Source: Desulfobulbus propionicus DSM 2032 (GTDB lineage: Bacteria > Desulfobacterota > Desulfobulbia > Desulfobulbales > Desulfobulbaceae). Taken from it: a stretch of DNA of 32,000 bases. The notes below the pieces were generated by a model. It had not been told where the DNA came from. It saw nothing but the letters and a program-made list of their open reading frames with translations, and did not search any database. Shown here piece after piece: positions 25,201 through 32,000 of this stretch. The translations under genes and the position numbers were made by a program. Where the stretch lies: contig NC_014972.1 in the NCBI RefSeq assembly GCF_000186885.1, positions 3,690,001 to 3,722,000 on the forward strand, in the 5' to 3' direction. Within the stretch, counting starts at the first letter, position 1. Each line of letters starts with the position of its first letter.

Positions 25201-25888
25201 CGAACGGCGCCAGGAGGAACTGGAGGCCGCGCAGGCAGCGGGGCAGCAGGAGCTGGAAGCGCTCCACCAGCGTATCGGCGCCGACCGGGAACGACTGGCG
25301 GTCAACGCCCGTCTCAAACTCCAGTTCGAGGCCCAGCAACAGGTCCTGGCGGCACAGCACCGGGAGCTGGAGCGCTGGGAACTGCTCCACCAGTTGATCG
25401 GTTCGGCCGACGGCAAGAAATTCCGCGTCTTTGCCCAAGGGTTGACCTTTGAGGTGATGATCAGCCACGCCAACCGCCAGCTGCGCACGATGAGCGACCG
25501 CTATATCCTCCTGCGCGACCCCAAGGAACCCCTGGCCCTGCAGGTGCTCGACAACTATCAGGCCGGGGAGATCCGCTCGACCCGCAACCTCTCCGGCGGC
25601 GAGAGCTTTCTCGTCAGCCTGGCCCTGTCGCTGGGGCTGTCGGCCATGGCCAGCCACAATGTCCAGGTCGATTCCCTCTTCCTCGACGAGGGCTTCGGCA
25701 CCCTCGATGAAGAAGCCCTGGATGCCGCCCTCCAGACCCTGGCCGAGCTGCGTCAGGACGGCAAGCTGATCGGCATCATTTCCCATGTGCCCATGCTCAG
25801 GGAGCGGATCGACGCCCGCATCCAGGTACTGCCGGGGCCGGGCGGCCGCAGCCGTCTGCGCGGGCCGGGCTGCGCTCAGCTCGGCTGA
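22226..25888 (+). CDS. sbcC: exonuclease SbcCD, ATPase subunit C
   Basis: 1220 aa. N-terminal Walker A (ITGPTGAGKSTILDAICLALF). A very long Q/E/R/L coiled coil carries the zinc hook CPLCG (about nt 24020-24040). C-terminal signature LSGGESFLVSLALSL and Walker B LFLDEGFGTLD. Confidence 0.92.
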   Translation: MRIHAVRLRNLNSLAGTWVIDFTAPEYTASGIFAITGPTGAGKSTILDAICLALFARTPRLGHISKGSNEIMSRRTGDCFAEVEFETRRGRFRCHWAQHRARRSPEGELQPPRHEMVDATNGKVLESRSKEVGRLVEQVTGMDFDRFTRSILLAQGEFAAFLEADADQRAPILEQITGTAIYSRISMAVHERTSEERRKTELIAETMGSVSLLSCDEEQALTAAINEQMATVTARQRQLAELSQALHRIATIESLQVQLAETERLLLELTRRRDEDKEVFLRLERGLRAQSLLGDHNRLTETEGRLTGLRAKNESLRASLEQLRGQQRQRAEELALAGLQREEQATLQQREQETITTVCALDLRIHEKRKHLSQATAAHRQTAQERERLHQQRQELDKQLIETDARQQQLDAFFRAHGNDSLLVEQLAGYRQQLNQLGGKEQGLERMEQRLRELRTSRTATQEQMARLGDEEARATQTLTVLRQRLRLLETQRDDLLAGQPLAEWRQQVEAEELRLRQVEKAAELLHQQQRLDMEAAALDRLLRDTQVRIEREKHELRALEDKRSLQQQVVAQCERNQQLALRIRGYEQERSRLVEGLACPLCGATHHPFAEHGVEEAIIGDEPVAEARAALERMTTDIGQRREKLIGLDKDSEHGQLALNRVRQQRLELEATLTPLLPLLGQTEDRSAGATRTLAQGRERIAALRDRLRAVEDRESELQRLRAQLEQHTVQSSELQQQVQTARHALTTIDQDLFHLEGQRDEERAWIADCRRILRDHLRPLGIDDCPPGHGHSLLLHLETRLRNWKAQQEQMDRLTRLRSNLQTERDKLDLLLTTTIDRLAQQEGELERMRREQAGLLAERFELYGDRDPTMEEQRLKTLVQQAEAKEQGIRNQLIEVERELYGQGEQLRLNSEELDTLGPRVRELKTGLLARLVEAGFIDRDDVLGSLLADEELAELDKHRQTLDREQTMLTARLTEQRAALAREQALRDERRQEELEAAQAAGQQELEALHQRIGADRERLAVNARLKLQFEAQQQVLAAQHRELERWELLHQLIGSADGKKFRVFAQGLTFEVMISHANRQLRTMSDRYILLRDPKEPLALQVLDNYQAGEIRSTRNLSGGESFLVSLALSLGLSAMASHNVQVDSLFLDEGFGTLDEEALDAALQTLAELRQDGKLIGIISHVPMLRERIDARIQVLPGPGGRSRLRGPGCAQLG

Positions 25889-26670
25889 AAGGAAGAGATG
25901 CCTTCAGGCGGATCGTCGCCGCTCCTCGCGCACCGGGGGCAGGCCTGCATGCGCAGCGGCCGTTCCAGATGGCTCCTTGCCAGCAACGGATCGTCGGTGA
26001 AGATGGCCGCCGTCGGTCCGTCGGCCATGACCCTCCCCTCATGAAGGACAATGGTGCGCGGACAAAGATCAAGCACCAGGTCGAGGTCGTGGGTGGCAAT
26101 GATCTTGGTGTGCTGGAAACCCGCCAACAGGGCAATCAGCATCCGCCGGGCGCGCGGATCGAGATTGGCCGAAGGTTCGTCCATGACCAGGATGTCGGGC
26201 GACATGGCCAGCACGGTGGCGATGGACACCGCCCGTTTCTCGCCGCCGGACAGCTTGTAGGGTGGCCGGGCGCGCAGGTGCTCGATGCCTACCCGTGCCA
26301 AGGCGCGCTGCACGCGTATCTCGACCTCATCCGCCGGCAGGCCGAGATTGAGCGGACCAAAGGCGACATCCTCGGCAACGGTGGGCATGAACAGCTGGTC
26401 ATCCGGATCCTGGAAGATCATGCCCACCGTGCGGCGGATGTCCCTGAGCGTCTCCTTGGTCAGGGGGAAATCGCCGATGCGCACGGTGCCGCTTTGCGGC
26501 GTCAGCGTGCCGTTGAGGTGCAACAGCAGGGTCGATTTGCCCGCCCCGTTGGCGCCGATCACCGCCACCGATTCGCCGTGATGGATGCGAAAGGAGATAC
26601 CGCGCACGGCGGCGGTGCCGTCGGCATAGGTGTGGGCGAGGTCCCGGACTTCGACAATGTGGTGGCTCAT
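25876..26670 (-). CDS. cbiO: ECF-type Co/Ni transporter ATPase (CbiO family)
   Basis: 264 aa. Walker A GANGAGKST, signature LSGGEKR, Walker B ILVMDEP. It overlaps cbiQ by ATGA. Its 3' end overlaps the convergent sbcC by 13 nt. Confidence 0.9.
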   Translation of the reverse strand: MSHHIVEVRDLAHTYADGTAAVRGISFRIHHGESVAVIGANGAGKSTLLLHLNGTLTPQSGTVRIGDFPLTKETLRDIRRTVGMIFQDPDDQLFMPTVAEDVAFGPLNLGLPADEVEIRVQRALARVGIEHLRARPPYKLSGGEKRAVSIATVLAMSPDILVMDEPSANLDPRARRMLIALLAGFQHTKIIATHDLDLVLDLCPRTIVLHEGRVMADGPTAAIFTDDPLLARSHLERPLRMQACPRCARSGDDPPEGISSFQPS

Positions 26671-27479
26671 GGCAGCGCCCCGGTGAGCAACCGGCCCAGC
26701 AACAGGCTGCAGTCATAGCGGCGCAGGCCAATGAGCACCAATCCGGCCAGCATGAACACCACCACGTCCCGCAGGGTCAGGCGCGGCGGGCGCCTGGTGC
26801 GGACGGTGCCGTCGAAACCTCGACAGAGCATGGCCTGATGAATACGCTGGGCCCGATCCAGGGTGCGCAGCAGCAGGCCGCCGAGCAGATGGCCGTAGGT
26901 TCGCATGCCCATGCCGCGCCCCTGAAAGGAGCGGAGCGCCCTGGCCCGATGCATCCGCCTTCCCTCCTCGATCAACACGAACAGATAGCGATAGAGCAGC
27001 AGCAGTTGCACCGCGAAGACCGTGGGCATGCCCAGCCGCTCCAGGGCCATGCAGACCGCGTTGAATCCGGTGGTGGCGATCAGGACCAGCAGGGCGCCGA
27101 TGGTCAGGGAAAAACGCAGCAGAATGGAGCAAAAGGACAGCCAGCCGCCGGAGACAGCGAATGAACCGAGGTAGAGCTGAGGGTGCTGGTCGAGCAAGGG
27201 GTTGCACAGGCCCAGCAGGACGGCGAAGGGCGAGACCAGGACCAATCGTGTGAGGATCAGGGAGGCCGGCACGCGGCCCAGCGCCATGATCAGGCTGAGG
27301 CACAGGGCAAACGGTGCCAGGGCGGCCACCGTGTATTTGTCGAAGGAAACCACGCAAAGCACAAACAACGCCGCTATCAACACCTTGATCCGGGGATCGA
27401 GCCGGTGGATGGACGAATCCCCGGCAGCCAGCGCGTCGAGAGCGCTCAGGTCCACAAAGGCCGATTCGATCTTGGCCAT
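26667..27479 (-). CDS. cbiQ: ECF transporter transmembrane (T) component, CbiQ family
   Basis: I start it at ATG 27477-27479 (MAKIESAFVDLSALD..IHRLDPRIKVLIAALF). This is a polytopic membrane protein with the CbiQ-type R-rich loop (RARALRSFQGRGMGMR). The ORF-track start 27611 would overlap cbiM by 41 nt. Confidence 0.8.
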   Translation of the reverse strand: MAKIESAFVDLSALDALAAGDSSIHRLDPRIKVLIAALFVLCVVSFDKYTVAALAPFALCLSLIMALGRVPASLILTRLVLVSPFAVLLGLCNPLLDQHPQLYLGSFAVSGGWLSFCSILLRFSLTIGALLVLIATTGFNAVCMALERLGMPTVFAVQLLLLYRYLFVLIEEGRRMHRARALRSFQGRGMGMRTYGHLLGGLLLRTLDRAQRIHQAMLCRGFDGTVRTRRPPRLTLRDVVVFMLAGLVLIGLRRYDCSLLLGRLLTGALP

Positions 27480-27570
27480 CAGGAGCTTCCGTGCCGCCGT
27501 CCGCAACGCAAAGGGAACGGTGGTTGGGCGCCGCTGTTCCCGGGCGACCCCACTGCGGCGAACAAGGGTG

Positions 27571-28611
27571 CTAACGGGCCAGGGATCGTCTGCGGCACAG
27601 CAAGCCGACAACTACGGCCAAAAGCAGCGTCAGACCGCCACCGACCAGTCCCGAGGTGGAGGTGCCCTTGTCCACGGCCGGCCAGGAGGGCGCGGATTCC
27701 TCCCCGGCCGCCACCGGCCCCTCGTGGTTGACACGGAACGCATAGTCGGGCAGCACGGCGGTTTGCTCCTGCATCCTGGCGAGCAGAACATGGATGCCGT
27801 CCTGTGGCGGTTTCAGTTCTTCCTGGCCAGATGTCTTGGCCATGGACCATTCCAGGCCGTCAGGGGAGGAGGAAGCGAACCAGGAAAGCACGCCCCCGGT
27901 GAGCACGGCCGCGACCCCGAGGCCGGCCAGCACCTTGGTGATGGCCAGGGAGCCCAGCGGACGGGAGGCGGCGGCATATTCGAGGATCTCGGGCCGGGCC
28001 TTCCACACAAAGGAAATCACCGTAGTGGTGATCAGGCCTTCGACCAGGCCGATGGCCAGATGGATCGGCAGCATGGCGGCGAGAAAGGTTGTGAGCGGCA
28101 GGGCCGAGATGCCGGAGAGCACGGTTTCGGTCACCACCCCCAAGGCGCCTAGCTGCAGGCCAGCCACCGCCGCCAGGGTTGCGCCCAGCCCGATGCGCAT
28201 GGGGTTCTTGCAATCGCCGGCGATCGGCCTGTAGATCAGGGGGTAGGCGATGAAACAGGGGAAGACGCCGAGATTGAAGATGTTGCATCCCAGGGCCAGC
28301 AGGCCGCCATCGGCAAAGAACAGAGCCTGCACGGTCAGCACCGAGGCGATGGCGAGAAAGGCCGCATAGGGGCCGAGCAGGATGGCCAGGAGCAGACCGC
28401 CGCCGAGGTGCCCCGACGAACCGGTGGCCGGGATGGTGAAGTTGATCATCTGGGCGGCAAAGACGAAGGCCCCCAGCACGCCCATCAGCGGCACCTTCCG
28501 CTCATCGAGGTCGCGCTGGACCTTTTTGGCGCACCAAGCGATGGTGCCGGCGGTGGTTGCCCACATGACGCCGCCAACGGCGGGGGAAAGCAAGGCATCG
28601 GCCATGTGCAT
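27571..28611 (-). CDS. CbiM/NikM-family substrate-capture component fused to a C-terminal PDGLE domain and TM anchor
   Basis: I start it at ATG 28609-28611 (MHMADALLSPAVGG), with GGGAGGGA upstream. The CbiM core includes IPATGSSGHLGGG and FFADGG. The C-terminal extension contains SSSPDGLEWS plus a final TM helix. Co versus Ni specificity cannot be decided from the sequence. Confidence 0.85.
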   Translation of the reverse strand: MHMADALLSPAVGGVMWATTAGTIAWCAKKVQRDLDERKVPLMGVLGAFVFAAQMINFTIPATGSSGHLGGGLLLAILLGPYAAFLAIASVLTVQALFFADGGLLALGCNIFNLGVFPCFIAYPLIYRPIAGDCKNPMRIGLGATLAAVAGLQLGALGVVTETVLSGISALPLTTFLAAMLPIHLAIGLVEGLITTTVISFVWKARPEILEYAAASRPLGSLAITKVLAGLGVAAVLTGGVLSWFASSSPDGLEWSMAKTSGQEELKPPQDGIHVLLARMQEQTAVLPDYAFRVNHEGPVAAGEESAPSWPAVDKGTSTSGLVGGGLTLLLAVVVGLLCRRRSLAR

Positions 28612-28659
28612 GGTGAGTCCCTCCCGAGCAAAGATTAACAGCGCGCGCTGGCAGCCAAT

Positions 28660-28736
28660 CGAACACAAACGAACACAAAGTAACACTAATCGCGCTTCGG
28701 TGTTATCGTGTTACAAAAACAATTTCTGTGTGTCAA
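28660..28736 (-). promoter_or_regulatory. candidate promoter plus AACAC/GTGTT operator array upstream of the ECF transporter operon
   Basis: The minus strand has TTGACA (28731-28736), 17 nt, then TAACAC (28708-28713). On the + strand, AACAC occurs at 28662, 28672 and 28682 (10-nt phasing), then GTGTT at 28700 and 28708. The core palindrome is GTAACAC-N13-GTGTTAT (28680-28706). Confidence 0.4.
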
Positions 28737-28896
28737 ATGGAAAATGCGTGGATGCGCCTTGGAGGGCTTGGCGCGAGGCATGCGCGCTCTTACGCGGAAC
28801 GCAAGACGCACATCGAGGAAAGGGAAACGAGAGAATGCGAGGAAAGGCCGGCTTGCCGACAATGGCGAAGAATCATGGTAGGCCAGCAGCCAGACC

Positions 28897-29271
28897 TCAG
28901 GTGAACAGCACCAACAGCCAGACAACCATCGCGAACAGGATTGCCATGGAAACGGCGGCCGAGCCCAGATCCTTGGCCAGGCCGGACAGTTCGTGCCGGT
29001 CGACGCTGATGCGGTTGACCACCACCTCGACTGCGGTGTTGAGCAGCTCGACGATCAAGACCAGGATCAGGCTGCCGGCGAGCAGGGCCCGCTCCACATT
29101 GCTCTGACCGAGCCAGCAGGCCAGGGGCAGCAGGACCAGGCAGAGCAGCAACTCTTGACGGAAGGCCTCCTCATTGCGGAAGGCGGCGGAAATGCCCGCA
29201 TAGGAGCAAGTCACTGCCCGTTTCAACCTGGCCAAGCCGGTGCCGTTCACTTTCTGCTGCTGTTCGGTCAT
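28897..29271 (-). CDS. dgkA: diacylglycerol kinase
   Basis: I start it at ATG 29269-29271 (MTEQQQKVNGTGLARLKRAVTCSYAGISAAFRNEEAFRQELL..LVLIVELLNTAVEVVVNRIS..LSGLAKDLGSAAV), giving 124 aa. The ORF-track 5' extension has no support. Confidence 0.85.
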   Translation of the reverse strand: MTEQQQKVNGTGLARLKRAVTCSYAGISAAFRNEEAFRQELLLCLVLLPLACWLGQSNVERALLAGSLILVLIVELLNTAVEVVVNRISVDRHELSGLAKDLGSAAVSMAILFAMVVWLLVLFT

Positions 29272-29505
29272 ATGCGCCGCGCCCTTGTCATGCGTCCGTT
29301 GTTGATGAACGCCGGGAAACCTCCCAGAGCGTTCCGATCCTGCTGGAAAATACACTATTATTTTCCTCTTTTCCAGGGACATTTCCGTTGTCGGACAGGG
29401 TGTATCGCGGGGCCATCCGCCAGCAGCCGAGGGGGAAAATGAATTGCCGCTCTTCGCACCTTGTGGTATCAGAGAATAAAGTAACTCTCCATCCTGGGCG
29501 GAATT

Positions 29506-29877
29506 ATGAATCGCGAAACCTTCTCTCACTTGCGGGCAAAACTCGGCAAAACTCAAAAAGCGTTATCCGAGTTGCTCGGAGTTTCCCTGAAGGCCGTGCA
29601 AAGCTACGAACAAGGCTGGCGCTCCATCCCCATTCACGTCGAGCGTCAGCTGTACTTTCTGGTCGTCAACCAGCGCAGCGAAGGCCAATCCAAGCGCAAG
29701 GACTGCTGGGCCGTGAAAAAATGCGACAAGAAAAAGGAATGCCCGGCCTGGGAATTTCAGGCGGGACACCTGTGCTGGTTCCTCAGCGGCACCCGCTGCG
29801 ACTGCACCGCAGACAAGAACTGGAAGGAAAAGATGGACATCTGCCGCACCTGCGAGGTCCTGACCTCGATGCTGTGA
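29506..29877 (+). CDS. XRE-family HTH protein with C-terminal Cys-rich two-CW-type domain
   Basis: 123 aa. HTH (LRAKLGKTQKALSELLGVSLKAVQSYEQG). Then CWAVKKCDKKKECPAWEFQAGHLCWFLSGTRCDCTADKNWKEKMDICRTC (nt 29704-29853), with eight Cys including two CW pairs. Confidence 0.75.
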   Translation: MNRETFSHLRAKLGKTQKALSELLGVSLKAVQSYEQGWRSIPIHVERQLYFLVVNQRSEGQSKRKDCWAVKKCDKKKECPAWEFQAGHLCWFLSGTRCDCTADKNWKEKMDICRTCEVLTSML

Positions 29878-29968
29878 TCCCGACTCGCTTGCCATTGATT
29901 TTCCGCTTTGCATTGATGGTCGTTCCTCTCGCCCTCTCACGCCCCTTTCGCCGCCCGCACGCTTCTCC

Positions 29969-31021
29969 ATGGCTGTATTGAGCGTCGGGGTCGCCATGAG
30001 CGGCGGGGTCGATTCCACCATGGCCGCCTCCCTGCTGCAAGAGCAGGGGCACGACGTCCACGGGTTTTTCATGCTCCTGCCCCTGGCCAATCTGGAGGTC
30101 CAGCGACAGCGGGTGCGCGAGGTGGCCGACAGGCTGTCGATCCCCCTGACCGAGGTGGACCTGCGGCAATCCTTTGCCGAGCAGGTCATCGGCTATTTCA
30201 ACCGCAGCTATCGCGCCGGGTTGACCCCCAATCCCTGCATCCACTGCAACCGGTCCGTCAAATTCGGCCTGCTCGCCGACACGATGCGCCACCAGGATCT
30301 GGAACGGATCGCCACCGGCCACTACGCCCGTGTCCAGAGCGTAGGTGACCGTTGTTTTGTGGCCCGTGGAAGCGACCGGACCAAGGATCAGTCCTACTTT
30401 CTCGCCCGGCTCGCCGCCGACCAGGTGAACACGCTCCTGTTTCCGCTTGGTGACTGGACCAAACAACAGGTCTATGCGCGGGCCGCTGCCCTGGGGTTCC
30501 ACTTCAGCGGCGAGGAGAGCCAGGATGTCTGTTTTCTCAGCCAAGGGCTGGCCGCCTTTCTTAGCGAGCAGGGGATCGGCGATCTGTGCGGGCCGGTGGT
30601 GACTGCGGACGGCCGCCAAATCGGCGAACACCGGGGGGTCTGGCACTACACCATCGGCCAGCGGCGGGGTCTGGGGCTGCCGGATGTTACCCCCTGGTAT
30701 GTGGTCGGGTTGGACGGTCCCGGCAACCGCGTCATCGTCGGCAAGCAGGACGATCTCTTCGCCACGCGCTGTACCGTGCATGCCTTGCGCTGGACCCACC
30801 AACCACCCGCCCTGCCTTGGCGAGGCTTGGTGCAACTGCGCTCCCGTCATACTCCGGCGATGGCTGCACTGGCCCCCAGCGGCCCGGAGCAGTGGTCGCT
30901 TGTCTTCGACACCCCGCAACGTGCCATCACCCCCGGCCAGTTCGCGGTCTGCTACGAGCATGATCGGGTGGTGGGCAGCGCGGTGATCGGAACGGGAGCC
31001 GACCTGGAGGAACGAACATGA
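29969..31021 (+). CDS. mnmA: tRNA 2-thiouridine(34) synthase
   Basis: 350 aa. PP-loop VAMSGGVDSTMAA. Catalytic-region motifs are NPCIHCNRSVKFG and DQSYFLA. Confidence 0.92.
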   Translation: MAVLSVGVAMSGGVDSTMAASLLQEQGHDVHGFFMLLPLANLEVQRQRVREVADRLSIPLTEVDLRQSFAEQVIGYFNRSYRAGLTPNPCIHCNRSVKFGLLADTMRHQDLERIATGHYARVQSVGDRCFVARGSDRTKDQSYFLARLAADQVNTLLFPLGDWTKQQVYARAAALGFHFSGEESQDVCFLSQGLAAFLSEQGIGDLCGPVVTADGRQIGEHRGVWHYTIGQRRGLGLPDVTPWYVVGLDGPGNRVIVGKQDDLFATRCTVHALRWTHQPPALPWRGLVQLRSRHTPAMAALAPSGPEQWSLVFDTPQRAITPGQFAVCYEHDRVVGSAVIGTGADLEERT

Positions 31022-32000
31022 AACGGATCGCCATCACCACCCTGGGCTGCAAGGTCAACCAGTTCGAATCCGCAGCCTTTGCCAGCGGCTTTGAGGCCCG
31101 GGGCTGCACCTTGGTGCCCTTTCAGGCCGAGGCCGATGTCTATGTGATCAACACCTGCACGGTCACCGCCAAGGCCGGCCAGCAGTCGCGGCAGCTGATT
31201 CGCCGGGTGCTGCACGAGCATCCTGGCGCACGGGTGGTGGTCACCGGCTGCTATGCCCAAATGGACCCGGAGGCGGTGTTCAGTCTCGCCGATCAACCTG
31301 TGGCCATTGTCGGTAACGGCAACAAGCATCTGCTGGTGGAGGCCGCCCTAGCCGAGTCCTCTCCCGATCTGGTGTTGCTCATGGGCCGGATTCGCGAGAA
31401 GAAGGAAATCTGCGACCTGCCGGTGACTCGTTTCCGCGGTCGCACCCGCGCCTATCTCCGCATCCAGGACGGCTGCGACAACTTCTGCTCCTACTGCATC
31501 GTGCCCTACACCCGGGGCCGCAGCCGCAGCCTACCCCTGACCAAAATCCTGGCACAGACAGCGGTCTTTGTCGACCAGGGCTACCGCGAACTGGTGATCA
31601 CCGGCATCAATGTCGGCAAGTACGGGCTCGACCTGGACGAGGGCGAAACCATCTACAGCCTGCTGGCCCGGCTTTGTCGTGATTTTCCCGGCCTCCGCTT
31701 GCGGCTCAGTTCCATCGAGCCCACCGAGGTCAACGATCAGTTGCTCGACCTGATGTCCGGCTCCCCCAACTTCATGCCCCACCTGCACATTCCCCTGCAG
31801 AGCGGCGACGACCAGGTCCTGGCGCGGATGAACCGGCGCTACACCCGCGCCGAGTTTGCGGCGGTGATCGAGCGGGTGCACCAGGCCTTGCCGCTCGCCA
31901 CCATCGGCTGCGACGTGCTGGGCGGTTTTCCCGGCGAAACCGAGGCCGAGGCCGACAACACCTACCGGTTGCTGACCGATCTGCCGGTCCACTATCTCCA
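31018..32000 (+). CDS. mtaB: tRNA methylthiotransferase (radical SAM, MtaB-like), 5' part; continues past the window
   Basis: Absent from the ORF track because there is no stop in the window. The ATG at 31018 overlaps the mnmA stop (ATGA). It has the N-terminal MKRIAITTLGCKVNQFES and the radical-SAM cluster motif DGCDNFCSYCIVP. The frame is open to 32000. Confidence 0.88.
   Translation, partial: MKRIAITTLGCKVNQFESAAFASGFEARGCTLVPFQAEADVYVINTCTVTAKAGQQSRQLIRRVLHEHPGARVVVTGCYAQMDPEAVFSLADQPVAIVGNGNKHLLVEAALAESSPDLVLLMGRIREKKEICDLPVTRFRGRTRAYLRIQDGCDNFCSYCIVPYTRGRSRSLPLTKILAQTAVFVDQGYRELVITGINVGKYGLDLDEGETIYSLLARLCRDFPGLRLRLSSIEPTEVNDQLLDLMSGSPNFMPHLHIPLQSGDDQVLARMNRRYTRAEFAAVIERVHQALPLATIGCDVLGGFPGETEAEADNTYRLLTDLPVHYL

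Noticed and set aside
25969-28234. + strand ORFs (25969..26718, 26838..27164, 27183..27731, 27202..28152, 27794..28234)
   Set aside because: They are antisense to the cbiM-cbiQ-cbiO operon and are Arg/Gly/His/Gln-rich shadow ORFs.
28612-28896. Possible second cobalamin riboswitch upstream of the CbiM-family gene
   Set aside because: I read the minus strand across the whole leader. None of the conserved blocks (AAGGGAA, GTGAAAATCC-like, the B12 box GCCACTG, GACCTGCC) is present. The region is reported instead as a repeat/operator candidate.
29783-30961. 392-aa minus-strand ORF, and the + ORFs at 30586..30986
   Set aside because: These are shadow frames of mnmA, which has unambiguous PP-loop and catalytic motifs.
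1-32000. CRISPR arrays or other long tandem repeats
   Set aside because: No regularly spaced direct repeats of 25-40 nt were seen anywhere. The only repetitive signal is the expected heptad-like amino-acid repetition in the SbcC coiled coil.

Overview
The window is a GC-rich chromosomal segment; hand-counted 60-nt lines give about 55-65% GC. Gene content looks like an anaerobic Desulfobacterota/deltaproteobacterial genome, but that is inference only. An AT-rich island of about 9 kb (about 27-43% GC per line) interrupts it at roughly 5.9-14.9 kb.

Left flank:
- A truncated HDOD gene.
- An NfeD-SPFH pair.
- A YcbB-type L,D-transpeptidase.
- A small unknown ORF.
- A cobalamin riboswitch with an intrinsic terminator, followed by a signal-peptide-bearing CbiK cobaltochelatase.

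The island carries a single seven-gene minus-strand operon:
- pilM, pilN, pilO and pilP.
- A protein with the PilQ N-terminal architecture (two AMIN domains and an N0 domain) that ends in a TPR domain instead of a secretin pore.
- A separate MshL-like lipoprotein secretin.
- A 310-aa lipoprotein of unknown function.
- No pilin, extension or retraction ATPase, platform protein or prepilin peptidase is present.
- The right edge of the island is not intergenic. The composition shifts inside an intact purU gene.

Right flank:
- Two small overlapping unknown ORFs.
- A transketolase-family gene.
- An amidohydrolase.
- A small lipoprotein.
- A truncated nuclease-like gene remnant next to tRNA-Arg(UCG).
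- DUF309 and DUF1737 genes, followed by sbcD-sbcC.
- A CbiM/NikM(PDGLE)-CbiQ-CbiO ECF metal importer. Its leader has no riboswitch but has an ordered AACAC/GTGTT repeat array.
- dgkA.
- An XRE-HTH regulator fused to a Cys-rich two-CW-type domain.
- mnmA and the 5' part of mtaB.

The best candidate for something undescribed is the orphan, split-secretin, type-IV-filament-like envelope module on the AT-rich island. No CRISPR array, integrase or transposase was seen.
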